DNA of 63,436 bases, filler included, from Octopus bimaculoides (GCF_001194135.2; 5 parts of 5 records of this genome joined end to end with filler, not necessarily neighbours in it), one strand, 5' to 3'; numbered from the whole stretch's first letter, positions 35,364-47,942 are shown. Notes: generated by a model not told the origin, from the sequence alone. Made by a program: numbers and translations.

Positions 35364-35700
35364 ACTCACACAAATTTCTAGGTTTAAGGCAAAGGAAGGT
35401 GTGAACCACAACACATTCCAATCTTAACCCCTTTCAGAAAACTCTCGTAGGCTTACATCTTGGGGACATTTGGGGCCAAGGGACATAATTCTTGAAATAA
35501 CTCATGTTCACGTCATTTCATCTTTTTTCACAGAACACACAAACCGGTTGTAGTTTTTTCACCTCCTATAATGGAGAACTGTTGCTATATATTTTTCATA
35601 CATGCCAGATCTGATGAGCACCATGGTATTATGTAACCATACAGTTATCTAGCACCCAGTTTAATACCCAGTGTAAAACCAATTGGTAAGATTGACGATA

Positions 35701-35748
<48 letters not shown>

Positions 35749-35849
35749 NNNNNNNNNNNNNNNNNNNNNNNNNNNNNNNNNNNNNNNNNNNNTTAATTAA
35801 TTAANNNNNNNNNNNNNNNNNNNNNNNNNNNNNNNNNNNNNNNNNNNNG

Positions 35850-36115
35850 AGGTGCATAGGCTGAGATGACAGTAGCTAATCTATGATGAAGCACTAGTCT
35901 GATCTTAAGTACTCTGTCACTTACTCTAACGACCTCGATTACCTTATCCACCCATTTCTCCGCTAGAAGTATTCCTACGCCCCCGACCCCGTCAGTGTTC
36001 CCTGCCCAGAAAATCTTGTACCTGTGTTCTTTGCCTGTGAGGAACCTTGCAGAACCTCCTCTCCATCTTACTTCCTGGATGCAGCACATATCTACGCATC
36101 TCCGTTCAAGCATCT
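35850..36115 (-). mobile_element. RTE LINE APE endonuclease fragment
   Basis: IVEMLERRCVDMCCIQEVRWRGGSARFL..GVGGVGILLAEKWVDKVIEVVRVSDRVLKIRL..VISAYAP; open frame up to a gap. Confidence 0.92.
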
Positions 36116-36119
36116 CAAC

Positions 36120-36345
36120 AATATATATATATGTTTGTGTGTCTGTGTTTGCCCCCAAAACCCACATCGCTTGACAACCGATGCTGGTGTGTTTATGTTC
36201 CCGTAACTTAGCGGTTCAGCAAAAGAGACCGATAGAATAAGTACTAGGCTTACAAAGAATAAGTCCTGGGGTTGATTTCTTCGACTAAAGGCAGTGCTTC
36301 AGCATGGCCACAGTCAAATGACTGGAACGAATAAAAGAATAAAGT
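36120..36345 (+). mobile_element. SINE family 1, 3' half
   Basis: gtttgtgtgtctgtgtttg..cttagcggttcagcaaaagagaccgatagaataagtactagg. Confidence 0.8.
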
Positions 36346-36959
36346 CAAATGGGAAAGCTAAGCAAGCTGTTCAAACTGCATGGGGCCTTGTTGTTGAAAA
36401 TTGGTATCTCTATTTACAGCAAGTCCTACTCAATCATCGATCTTCATCAGGCAGGAAAGCTGCTTCTCTTGGGGAAAATTTATTCTGAAGGCCATTACGT
36501 ACCAGCTGCAATCCACAGTTCATACTGTTTACTTATGTCTGGTACCACAATATATGCACGAAGAAAGCAAGTCCTGTCATATATCTGGCACAGAAAGGTG
36601 CGGATACTGCAAATGTCACAAATGAAAACAAAAGCTGGATAGCTAGTTTTGACCAATTGCTTCCATAAACAAATAGTTGTCAACCTGCCCAGATAGGAAT
36701 CAACTTGAGGTTAGGCATTGACAATTGCAGCGTCAAAGTACAGAAACCTGGACCTCAAATGCATGGAGTTGATGAGATGATGATTAGAGTAAACTGGAAA
36801 TTCTGCAGAAAAGTAACTCACCGAATTGACTTCCTTATTGAGGTGGCGAGTGTTGTGTATTGAACTCATAATGAATCTAACAAATGCTGTATATTTGTTT
36901 AAATATTTAAAAATTGCCAGTCACATGGCATGTATGAGTTTTATGTGGACTTGTCTATA

Positions 36960-39900
36960 TTTTTTCTTATATATATTGTGATTAAAATAAATGGGGATCA
37001 CGGTTGATGTTGTTACCCCTTCTTATATGTTCTGCTGTTGGTTGTGTAGAAATTCGCAGTTTACGGCCATTTGATCTTTGTTCTTATACCAGTGCTTATG
37101 AAATAAGCAAATTACAAAACTTGACACTTCCCTTTCCTTTTCAAGTGAAACTTGAAAAAGTTGAGGGCTTGGTGAAAGAGGAAAGTCTCTGTCTTCAGCT
37201 CTTTCAGTCTGGTCCACCACACAACCTCTTTCACAAAGGTTACCAGACAAAGAAACACTGCCTGCCCTTTTCAGCCAAAGGAAGGTGCTGGGGCATGCTT
37301 CACAATGGACTCAGCCAATAATCAGATCTAACAGACAGCAGGTGTTTGGCATAAACCAATGCTTGGACACTGGATGTGAGCATGCAGAACAGTTTCGTCA
37401 CTCTGCGTACATCTCAGGCAAGCCTGTCTAATGGCACTTCCATGCCTGTAGAATTTATCCCGAACTAACCATCCCCCTAGTAGCACTACCAGGTTAAGAA
37501 ATTCTGGAAATTAACAATAGGCTCTGGTCTGAAAGTCCTCTGGAACAGACCAGCCAGTGATTCTTGTCAATGCCCAGAGTCTTCCTGAGAAAATCGTCAC
37601 ACTTGCCCATCACTAACACTCTACAGAATGTCTGAGTGAAACTTCCACCAACTGTGTTACCTGACTGAAAGAGGACTGTGAGTGCTTGGTGACACTCTAG
37701 GAGCTGGGCATCCAACATCAGTCTGTGCTTGATCCATGACTGTGAGTCAGTCAAAGGGACGAGATGTAGAAAAGTAAGACTGATAAATGGCGATCATACC
37801 TACTCACTAGCAAGTAAGTGTTGGAAATGCACATCAGCAACCATGGTATGCTCGGCTCTCCATTCAGTGGGTGTTGATAAGAAATGGAGTGCCTGAACAG
37901 TGGAATACGTCCCTTCCACAGAAAACAGAAATGTATGTTCTCCAGTTTGGTCAGATGTAAAGGCTTGATGGTAAGGCAATTATTTATAATAGAGGTGGGT
38001 AAGCATTCACCACTTCTGCTTGACCTTTCAGAGAAAGCTTTCTCTTGGCCCATTTCTGAGTGAGATTGGCTACCTGTACAATCATTTCTTCACAGTTCAT
38101 CTCCACCTGGAGATCAAGAACAAACCAAACCCCGAGCAATTTAACTCTCCATCCATCCCGCATCCCACAACATTAATGGATGGCATGGACCTGCTTCTCT
38201 AGGGTCCAAGCTGATTAATATTTGCTCCTGTCACCACTTTGTATTCTTTTAGAGCAGTGCCGATCAGGTCTGTGGGCTTGGTGTTTCATATTTCTGCAGC
38301 TGTTATCAGCTTTTTGCAATTCCCTGCCTGCCTTGCAAAGTGTTATGGTATACCTTTGAGGTAGGCACTGAAGTCCATCCTGCACTCTGGATTGCCATTT
38401 CTCCCAAACAGTTGGGTGAAATGCTGCTGAAAAGCTAAACACATCTGCTTAAACTTGAGTACCATGCACCCATTTAGGGTCACTAAAGACCAAATTGTGA
38501 CTTTGTTTCCCCATTGTACCTCTGCCACTTGGGCCCATTGAGCAGCTTTCATTCCCTTGTTTCTTAGAACACACACCTTAGCTCTGACAATGCATCCTTC
38601 ATGCTTAGCCAGGGCCAATCTTGCTGTCAGCACATTGGTTGTGACGCCTTTTCTAAGCGTCTCTTTTAAGTTTCTAAGTTTCCCTCTATTTTCTTTTCCC
38701 TTCACTAATGCCTTACTAAACCTAATGGATTCTACTATAATTGCTCTTTTCAGGGCAAACCACCATTTGTTGCTGATGACTGACCCCGTCAACAACCACT
38801 TAATTAATTTGCTAATCTGGTCTCTCAAAGCTTGGTACATCAGAAGTGACATGTTCAGCTTCCACTAACTGGGTTCCTGCCTACAAAGTCCATCTAGGTT
38901 AACTGTGTAGACCACAAATTTGTAATGTGTGTAGCTGATGATTTTAAAAAGTGGACGACTTATGCTATCCTTATCTACTGGCCTACAAAATACTCTAGTT
39001 AGAAAAGACCTAGATAACCCAATGCAGTTTGTCCACACTGGCACATTTAGGAAATTTAGTTGACACCTGTCAGACAGTTGAAAACGTTTGAACAGGTTTG
39101 TGAGGCTTTTTCACCCACACAATCTAAATGTGCATCCAGGATGGTGTTCCAGTCACCCATTAGCATTAAAGGTTGAGATGTTCTCAGGAAAACCTCCAGA
39201 CATCTGAAGAAATGCAGTTGTCCTGCCCCTGTTGGAGCATGAACAACCACCAGTCTGAAGGCATCCCCATCACTACTATTCACATCCAGGACCACTAACT
39301 TACTTTCCGGGTTCAGGAAGAATGCCCTTATCTTGAGATCCAGACCTTTCTGTAACAATGCTGCACTTCCACCCCCGCCCACCATTCTCTGTTGACATAG
39401 GGATGAGTAAATCTTGTATCTACTGAAAATCGGCATGAAAGCTTCTCAGTTGGAGAATCTGGTCTCACTGATAGTCATGACATATAAACTTAGTATACCT
39501 GAGGTCATTGAATAGGTGGCAACCCCAAGCCATGTGAATTTATACTGCTTATTTTGAACGTAGCTATTTTGGAAAGTGAAATAGACAGAGTGGGGGAAAG
39601 AGCTGTTTACAATGATTTTGTGGGAGAGGGAGGCTAGATGTTCTGTCCCTCTAGTTAGATATGGGTGTTTCTACAAGCAGCTCCTTGTAAAGATTTTTAT
39701 TAAAGATTCCTCTGAAATTCCCCACCCCATCAGGGTATTTGTATTTTATGGTGTTATATGTGTTTTGTTGTGTTACTTGTGTGATTTTTATGTGCATTGG
39801 CATGTTAGTTGTCATTGTTATGAAATGCTCTGAGTGATGTCTATATGGTTTTGCATGTATTCCAATAGTGCTTTGTTGACTGTGTTTATGGTAGTGTAGT

Positions 39901-41450
39901 TGATGTTGTCTAAGTTTTGTTTGTGTTGGGATACATGATCAAACTGTTGTGCTTGTTGTGGTGGCATTTATGGTAGTGATGGGGATGATGTTTACAAGGT
40001 AGCTGTTGCTGGGAGTTATGTTTGAGCACTGTTGCTAAAAGGCATCTCCTCTATTTATTTGTACCTGTCAGCTTTTGTATTGGTGTTGATGTAATTTTGT
40101 TTCTTTTTCTTTTCTTGACTTTGGTGACCATTTATCATTTAGGCTCCTCACTGTCCCATCATTTAGGCTCCTCAGTTTCCTTCATTACAGGACATCTCTG
40201 AGTGGTATGAAGAGGGGAGCGGTATGTCTAGGGGAGGTTATTGGTGTTATTTTGTAGAAATAGTTGTTGTTGCTGCAGTTGTCTGTGATGTGGTAGCCTT
40301 TAGTGTTGCTGTGTTTCCTGTTGTATTAGCTTCCATTGTTGGTGCTGAGGTGGTGGCAATGGTGTCAGCAAAAGTGCTGGTTTCTGTTATTGTGGGGAAA
40401 AGGCTTTGAGGTGGTTTGTGTCATTGCACAGGTGACACTTCAGCTTTCAACCCTCAACAGCCAAATGAAGCCTTATGCCATTTGGTAGGCTTATGAAGTC
40501 TGGGATGACTTCGACACTTGGCTGTTCTATCTGTATTGGCAGCTGCGTTCCTTGTTCCAACCAGCTCTGCTTCTGTAGTCTCTGTATCTGCAGAATACTG
40601 GTTTTCTCTTCTATACCAAAGAGAACCACTGCCAGCAGGTGTTGATTTCAGGAGATATGTTTAATATTCTTATTTTAAACACCATTCTACCAAGGTAAAT
40701 GGAGATGAGGATTAGTTTGTAACTCATTAGGGTAGTTGATAAGTGCTTTTCAGCTTCTTCCTCTGATGTGAATCTTACTTCAACCATTCCATATTTTTTC
40801 CCCTTGGCTATATATGTTTTCCTGTTCCAAATTGTTTGCATACATTTTTTTACCTGTTGGTGTGTTACCTGCTCTATTCTTCTACTTTTTTTTCTTATAG
40901 TTTTGTATAGAACTACCTGTAAGTTTGTTTGTTGCTGGACAGGTCTAGGAGCATTTAGTGCTACATTTCACCTGCATTTTTCCAACATAAATTTTGCACT
41001 TTTAAAATCATTCTCATCAAGAAAAATTTCTTCTGTCATTTGCTGCATCCACAGTGAAACTACTAACTGCAGATTTACATGGTTTATTTTCATTGTCTTT
41101 AGCATCAGTGGTGTAGGTGGTGGTGGAGGAGGTAGGCCTTGCAGGTGTGTGGATGGAAAATTTAAATCTTTCTTTTGTTCTGTGGTCTCATTTTTGCAAT
41201 TGTTGTTGATATATTTATTGTTGTTGCTGTTGCTTTTCCTTTTGTCTCGTTTTTGTTGCTGCATTTCATAGTTTTATTGCTGTGTAAAGTGTACTGGTGG
41301 TGGTGTTGCTTTTGCCTTCTTTCTCTTTGTCGTCATTGTTGTCTGAAGCATACGTAGGTAGCAGAAGGAAACTGTTTTTGTAATGGCTGTTCTAACAGCT
41401 GTCACCTTCCTCAACTTGGGAAGCCTTATTGTATAGTTTTTGTTTGAGAA
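36960..41450 (-). mobile_element. Decayed near-full-length Tx1/L1-clade LINE
   Basis: ORF1 remnants (RRM-like MVEVRFTSEEEAEK, knuckle KCHLCNDTNHLKAF); APE endonuclease (KLVVLDV..RLVVVHAPTG..LMGDWNTILD); RT domains 6-7 (EYKVVTGANIN, VKLLGVWF); C-terminal CLRC..ETVLHAHIQC; many stops and frameshifts. Confidence 0.85.
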
Positions 41451-41718
41451 ATGAAAATTTTCAATTTTAAATCTTAAAATTCATCCTTACAGAGTGAATT
41501 CTTCACCTCAACAGCTTGCCAAAAACACTGTGAGCTGGCTCATTTAGAGAAAAGTGCAACAAAATTTAAAACAGCAAATTTGAAAACAACAAATTTCAAG
41601 AAACTTATGAGTCATAAACAAGTGTCCTCTTGCTCCAGACACAAATAATAATAATAATGATAACTACAATAATGATGATGATAATAATAATAATAATAAT
41701 GATAATAAATATACTCAC

Positions 41719-41827
41719 AGTAATTTTATTACCAAATCCTGCATAGAATGGGTTGGAAGGAAAGAGAGCTGCTATATCTTTCAAACAACTGATTTTGAAT
41801 TCCTGGGGATTTTTATTTACCACTTCC
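41719..41827 (-). CDS. LPIN: Lipin exon (FYAGFGN motif)
   Basis: (R)[36 protein letters not shown]; acceptor ttcag, donor gtgagt; last lipin exon I can find. Confidence 0.96.
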
Positions 41828-42795
41828 CTGAATTAAATAGGTTTGGGTAAAGAAAATACAATCAGTGTGAAGATATGGTTTGAAGTACAAGTATGTTTGG
41901 GAATTGTAAACAAAGAAATTTAGATAAAAGAGTGTAATACAACATAGAGTACAGGTTAACAAACCTTGTGTGACAGAGTACTAACAGTCGTGTATCCTCT
42001 TGAAATAGGTTATATCCCATAAAACATTTGGTTACTGTATTACTAATGACTTTGCTTTCATCTAATGATTGAATGTAAGATATACTAACATTGCAACCTT
42101 CAGACTTATGAAAAGTTATTAGATAACAGTAATAACTAAACATGCTTTGTGATCATTCCAGATATCAAATTAGGAATATGTGACACAGTGCATCTGATCT
42201 GAACAAAAACAAAGAAAATCACAATATAATAGTTCCACTAATTACAGAGAAGTATGTTTGTGTAACTGTAATAGTGTAGTTAACATTGTTGTAATAGTTG
42301 ACCTAACTGCAATACAGTACATCCTAAATAAACATATATCTTCCCCAGTGGGCTGGCCTATTGTAGGAAATAACTGGTGCAAAAAAAACAATCATGAATG
42401 TTTTCAATATGTAGGAAATATGTTCATGATGTTTCATATTCTACTGCAAACAGGAGCTATGATCAGAAAGTATCTTTGCCTGCAACTCAGCCCAGAGCTA
42501 GGAACTGGATTCCAATTACCAATGCAAAGAATAAATGTATTTCTCAATTCAGTCATTTACTATTAAACAAACATGTTTGGTTGACATTTCTTATTGACAG
42601 TGCCTTTATATTATTCTAGTAGACAAAAGAAGAAAAAAATGGCTTAAAGTAACATTACCAGGAATATGGCACTAGAAAAAGCCCCAAATCACAGACGTGG
42701 TGATGATGATGATATCACACCACTGCATGATGGATTGTACCTGTGATTCAACAACAAGAATTAAGTATCAAAGGCATTTCTCTCAGAGTACGTAC

Positions 42796-43035
42796 CTGTG
42801 AAGTGCACTTATTAAAGAGGTTGGGTTTAGCAGGAGGGGGCCATCAGGTAGCTCTAAGCCACCTTGTTTAATACTTTTTAACAGTTCTTTGGTTCCACGA
42901 GACTGTCCAATGGCCCTGGCACTGAGGTAGACAAATTTATAACTGTTGTTGTTAATGCGTGTGAACAATTCTGCAACCCCACTTTGTGACCATTCCAAAC
43001 CCAAAATTGGGAAGATGTGGCCCAATACATCTGAT
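42796..43035 (-). CDS. LPIN: Lipin exon (LNS2/HAD core)
   Basis: SDVLGHIFPILGLEWSQSGVAELFTRINNNSYKFVYLSARAIGQSRGTKELLKSIKQGGLELPDGPLLLNPTSLISALHR; acceptor tttag, donor gtacgt; phases compatible on both sides. Confidence 0.97.
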
Positions 43036-43636
43036 CTAAATAGAAACAAAGAAAATCAGTCAAATTAAAGAAACAATACCAATGGGTAAATCATAATTCA
43101 AGGATTTTATTATCATCTTGTATGTTATTGTTAGGTTATCTAGGACTACATTGTCTAATGTATGAACAGAGAGTGGCCAAATAGCTAAGAAGTTTGTAAT
43201 CATGAGATCCTAGGTTCTCACTGCATGATGGATTGTACCTGTGATTCAAAGCTGCAGCCTTGGAATTACATTAAAGTTATACACAACAGTCAAACACTCA
43301 ACCATTTACATTGTAATTCAATAAGCAGGTAATTCAGTTGATCAAACAAATGAATCCACATTGTTAAAACTGAGAGAGATCTGTTCACTTTACAGTTTAA
43401 TGTGCCTTTTTCTTAAAGATAGCAAGATTTTTGAGGGATTTCTAACTGGTCCAGCAACTACACAGAGGCTCCCTCATCAGCTTGTAATGAGGATAAACAT
43501 TGTGTCAATTCATCAATATACTTCATCCCACTCTAGTTAATAACGCAGTAACAGAGATCAATTTATTCAGCTCTACTGTTAAATTGGTTCTGTATCAAAG
43601 CAAAAACAAATAATTTTATAATTTTATTTATATTTT

Positions 43637-44332
43637 TATTACATGGGAAAATGCAATCAAGGGATATAATATTCTTTAGATAATAAATCTGGAAAATTAC
43701 ATTAGGAAAAGTTCAGGAACAACTTATTACATCTTGTAAAGTACAGAACAAGAAAAATTTTACCTAAAATATTGCAGCTAAAGATAAGATTTCAAATAAA
43801 ATATTTAGATTTAGAAAATATTAACTTTTATTTAAACTAAAAATTTTATTACAAGTTTTTACTTCTATTTGCTATTACTTGTTACTTCTATTAAAAATTA
43901 AAAATAATTCAAAATATTTTTTGCACTTTTGAGTTATTGCCTAAGTTACTGGCAAGTCTTCATATTTTTAGTCTTGATTCAATACCTGTTTTTTACATAA
44001 TGATTTTGCCTACCATATATACTACTCTACTTTGTATAAAACTTAGCTATATTGGTACTTCTAGCTCTCATTTTTTAAAGTATTCTAGTGTCGATATTTG
44101 AATAAAATGATGGTACCTTTTTTAATTATAATGTTACTTTGTAAATGAAAATCAAATAATTTTTAATATTCAAATTTTATCCTTAGCTGCAATATTTTAA
44201 GTAAAAATTTTCTTGTTCTCTACTTGTAATAAGTTGTCCTGAACTTTTCCAAGTATATTAACTTGTCCTGTAATTTTCCAGGTTTATTATCTCAAGAATA
44301 TTATTTCTCTTGCTCACATTTTTCCATGTAAT
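43637..44332. repeat. Foldback element with ~175-bp imperfect inverted arms
   Basis: ttacatgggaaaatg..ggaaaagttcaggaacaacttattac..aacaagaaaaattttac.taaaatattgcagctaa matches the reverse complement of 44150-44332. Confidence 0.75.
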
Positions 44333-44609
44333 CCATGTTTTTTTCCAGGCTATGCTATTATGCTAATTAATAATGTGTCAATTAGCGGTGTCATTGATAA
44401 TTTTTTCCTTACCTCAATGATGCTGGTGACATTAAAAGTCCCATTATAAAAAAAGTCACTTCATAAAAAAGTATAGAACTATAATATCACCCTCAAATTT
44501 GAGAAACAAACACTCATAACTTTTTCTTTTAAAACTTCATTACATGAGGTTGATACCATGAAATTCCTCAAATTGAGCTCTATAATTTAAGCTTAATTAA
44601 AATATATTC

Positions 44610-44975
44610 TTTTATTCTTTTACTCTTTTACTTGTTTCAGTCATTTGACTGCGGCCATGCTGGGGCACCACCTTTAGTCGAGCAAATCGACCCCGGGACT
44701 TATTCTTTGTAAGCCTAGTACTTATTCTATCAGTCTCTTTTGCCGAACCGCTAAGTGATGGGGATATAAACACACCAGTATCGGTTGTCAAACAATGCTA
44801 GGGGGACAAACACAGACACACAAACATATATATATATACATATATACGACGAGCTTCTTTCAGTTTCCGTCTACCAAATCCACTCACAAGGCTTTGGTCG
44901 GCCCGAGGCTATAGTAGAAGACACTTGCCCAAGATGCCACGCAGTGGGACTGAACCCGGAACCATGTGGTTGGTN
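44610..44975 (-). mobile_element. SINE family 1, near full length
   Basis: Same consensus segments. Confidence 0.9.
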
Positions 44976-45590
44976 NNNNNNNNNCTTAAATCCAATTTTT
45001 TGCCTTATATTTTTTTTCATGATATTTAACCTCACAATTTTTTTTGATACAAATTTTTGTTGCATGGTGTCTTGCAAACAACTCACACATGCGAGTGCTA
45101 CCAGTCGAGAACTCCGCATACCGGAAGCCAGCAAGTGTATGGGGTCATCAGGAGAGAATGCACGCCATTTCGGGGCCTACCTCTTCATGCTTTCTTCTAT
45201 CATTGAAGCTAAGATAAATATATTTCGCTTTTAAAATAAAAAAGTTATTTAGATCTAAACTTGATTGGTGGTGTTACTTACTCCCCTGTAATGTTGCTAC
45301 AAATTTTGATGTAAACTTTTTTCTACTGGATCAAATCTCAATATTTTTATGCCAAAATGTATCTAGGGACTAGTCCTTCTTCAAAAATGTTATCAGTTTT
45401 CAAGCTCTGAAAGGTGCTGCATGTGAGTAAATTGCAGCCTTAAGAATGTTATTCAACTACTACTGTAGTTGAATGGTATGCATATCTATTGGTTACCCAT
45501 CATCACCACCATAACCACCACCACAAAAAAAAAAAAGAAAAAAGAAAAAGAAAAAATGAAACAATCAAGTTAACAAACATTGACACTTAC

Positions 45591-45739
45591 TTTGTGATTG
45601 TACCATCTATATCAGAGATAATGATTTTCTCATGGCTTTTCCACAAATAAATATGAGATGTACATCGGCAAGTACCTTGATACTGAGTTGTCACAGAGAA
45701 TGTTACCTCATTGCTGCCCTCATGAAGTCCAAGTTTGCT
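45591..45739 (-). CDS. LPIN: Lipin exon with HAD DxDxT catalytic motif
   Basis: [50 protein letters not shown]; acceptor ttacag, donor gtaagt; ends in phase 2. Confidence 0.97.
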
Positions 45740-46630
45740 CTGTAATAATAAAATGGAAGTTGTTTTAAAAACTCGTAAGGGGTAATGTTACAGCAGTTGC
45801 TAAAATACTTTTCATTTTACAAGGTACATGGTTAATTTTTCTTTTCTATTTACAGTTTTACATCCATTCTTTCTAGTTAGTGTATGGGAAATGAAGGGCC
45901 ACATTAACAGGGTAGTTCTACAACTTCCACTTTACACTTTGCCTGATTCTTTCTACATTTCTTCTCCAATTCTTAGCTAACTCTATCATCTTCTGCCAAC
46001 TAACCCTGATTTTAAAACTTGTACTGTCTTCTTCACCCAAACATCACACCTTCAATTCTTTCCAGCCCAAGTTACAGTATCTTGCTATCTCTCTTTCTCC
46101 ATTTCTTACTTTCAGTTGAAGTACAAGGTCTAGAATGCTTGATTTTTCACTCTTCACAGCAAATTAACTTATTGATTAATGATTGACACAAACCATAAGT
46201 TTCTTTGAATTCCTCAGCTAGCCCACCAAACTGAAAGTAGCTGCTTCTTGTGGTGGAGTAAATAGCTATAAATAATAATTTGCTATCTTGCAGTAATAAG
46301 TTCAATTCCTTCTGTGATGAGCATTTAGCTGTGATAATTGAACAACCTGTCAATCTCATGTCATCTGTTTAGCAATATAAAATACAAAAACTGGAGTTGT
46401 GAGCCAGCCCTATGGATCCTTGTCTTCAGTTGTGATGAAATTTTTTATATAAAAGCAACTGTCATAGTTGTTTAGCCCTAGGTCGGCACTGATCCACATG
46501 TCTTATGACTAACATCCTCCCAGCTGTGACTATTCTATCTTTTAATTCAGATATCATGTAACTAGACCCCCGTACCACACTTTTATTTGTCATTTTCTTC
46601 TCAATTTTGCAACCAAAGTAAACAACATTC

Positions 46631-47097
46631 GGATCTTTTTTAAAACGGGGGCCACATTTTTCATTAATGTTTTACGTATACTTATCTATTTTGTGTTATA
46701 GAACAGAAAAATATTTTTGTATTCGAATTTATTTCATGTAAAAAATTGTCTTATTTCGATAATTTCAACAAATCACTGACGTCCATTCAGTCGATATACA
46801 TTAAGTGCCGACTACATAAACAAACGATTCTTCGTTTTATTTGCTTTTTTCATTTTAAATTTGCTTTAACCCTAACGTTAGGGTTAGGGTTACTTAATGT
46901 ATATCGGCTGAATGGACGTCAGTGATTGGTTGAAATTACAGAAATACGACAACTTTAACATGGAATAATTTATGGATTTCTTTTTTTTTAAAGAAGACTA
47001 AGAGAAAAAGATGTTTTATATGACACATTCTACCAGTGTTCCAAGTTTCAAAGTGTTTCGTTAATGAAAAATGTGGCCCCCGTTTTAAAAAAGATCC
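46631..47097. mobile_element. Non-autonomous DNA transposon (MITE), 8-bp TSD, Merlin-like
   Basis: Perfect 37-bp TIR ggatcttttttaaaacgggggccacatttttcattaa; TSD caacattc on both sides; inner inverted arms. Confidence 0.9.
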
Positions 47098-47675
47098 CAA
47101 CATTCTGATATAATCTCTCCTTTCAAAGAGAGACATATCTCTGGAACAGCAGAGACTTTCCTTCTCTTTCTCAACAAAGACAAATGTCTGAAATCTGAGG
47201 TTTTTTCACTTCTCATGATAAATTAAGTTACTGAAATCATCTACAAACTCTCTTATAAATTAATGAAACTGTTCTTTCTACAATGAAGGACGCAAGGCAA
47301 TAGGGTATGATTTGAGGAGACTTGGTTGCTATTTCTAGCAGGCTGAGCAACCATACTAAAACTCTTTGATTGGTTTGTGAAAGCAATTGTATTATTTTCA
47401 AATGGATACTTTTTCCTGATGAATCACCCAAATGGGAAACCTGAGGAAGAACACAGTACAATTGTGGTAGAGTTTAGACTCATAACCATATGATTAGTAG
47501 GCCACAGATATTGGCATTCTTACCACAATTTGCTAAGCAAGAATATATATTTGATAACCATTTCATCAACAACACAAAATGGACTGTGGGCTGCAACAAA
47601 GTTACCTAACTGCCAGAATGATGCTCAACATATTCAAAGCATCCAATAGAAGATTAGAAACAGAAATTTACTCAC

Positions 47676-47942
47676 AATTTCTTCAGAAGTGAGACGTAGA
47701 GATTTCTTGAAGCGATCTTTCTTTTTGTCTGTTGGTGATTGTGTGTCATTAGTGGAGGTATTGGTGATTGTGTGCTGAACTGTGAGACTGTTAGTAGGTT
47801 GTGGGTGTGGACTGTTAGAATCAGTTCGAAGACATTCTTGTTCTGAAATATCTGTGTCTGTGCCAGTGGAGATTATTTCATCTTTGTTATCAGAATGTAT
47901 ATGAATCCGAGTCTCATTTGTTACTTCTGTCTTTATAATGTT
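47676..47942 (-). CDS. LPIN: Lipin exon (Ser/Thr-rich linker ending KKSLRLTSEEI, start of the C-LIP/LNS2 region)
   Basis: 267 nt open frame NIIKTEVT...DRFKKSLRLTSEEI; acceptor ttgtag, donor gtgagt; phase 0 joins the next exon; KKSLRLTS matches the conserved lipin KKxLRLTS segment. Confidence 0.88.

Noticed and set aside
36345-36900. Possible additional plus-strand LINE ORF1 remnant
   Set aside because: No motif that I can identify with confidence
45150-45195. atgaaga-ggtaggcccc-gaaa (minus) hammerhead-like pattern
   Set aside because: Core broken, stem II only 2 bp, no stem I or NUH
46866-46892. TTAGGG units as an interstitial telomere or fusion site
   Set aside because: Only 3-4 units, located inside a TIR/TSD-bounded MITE
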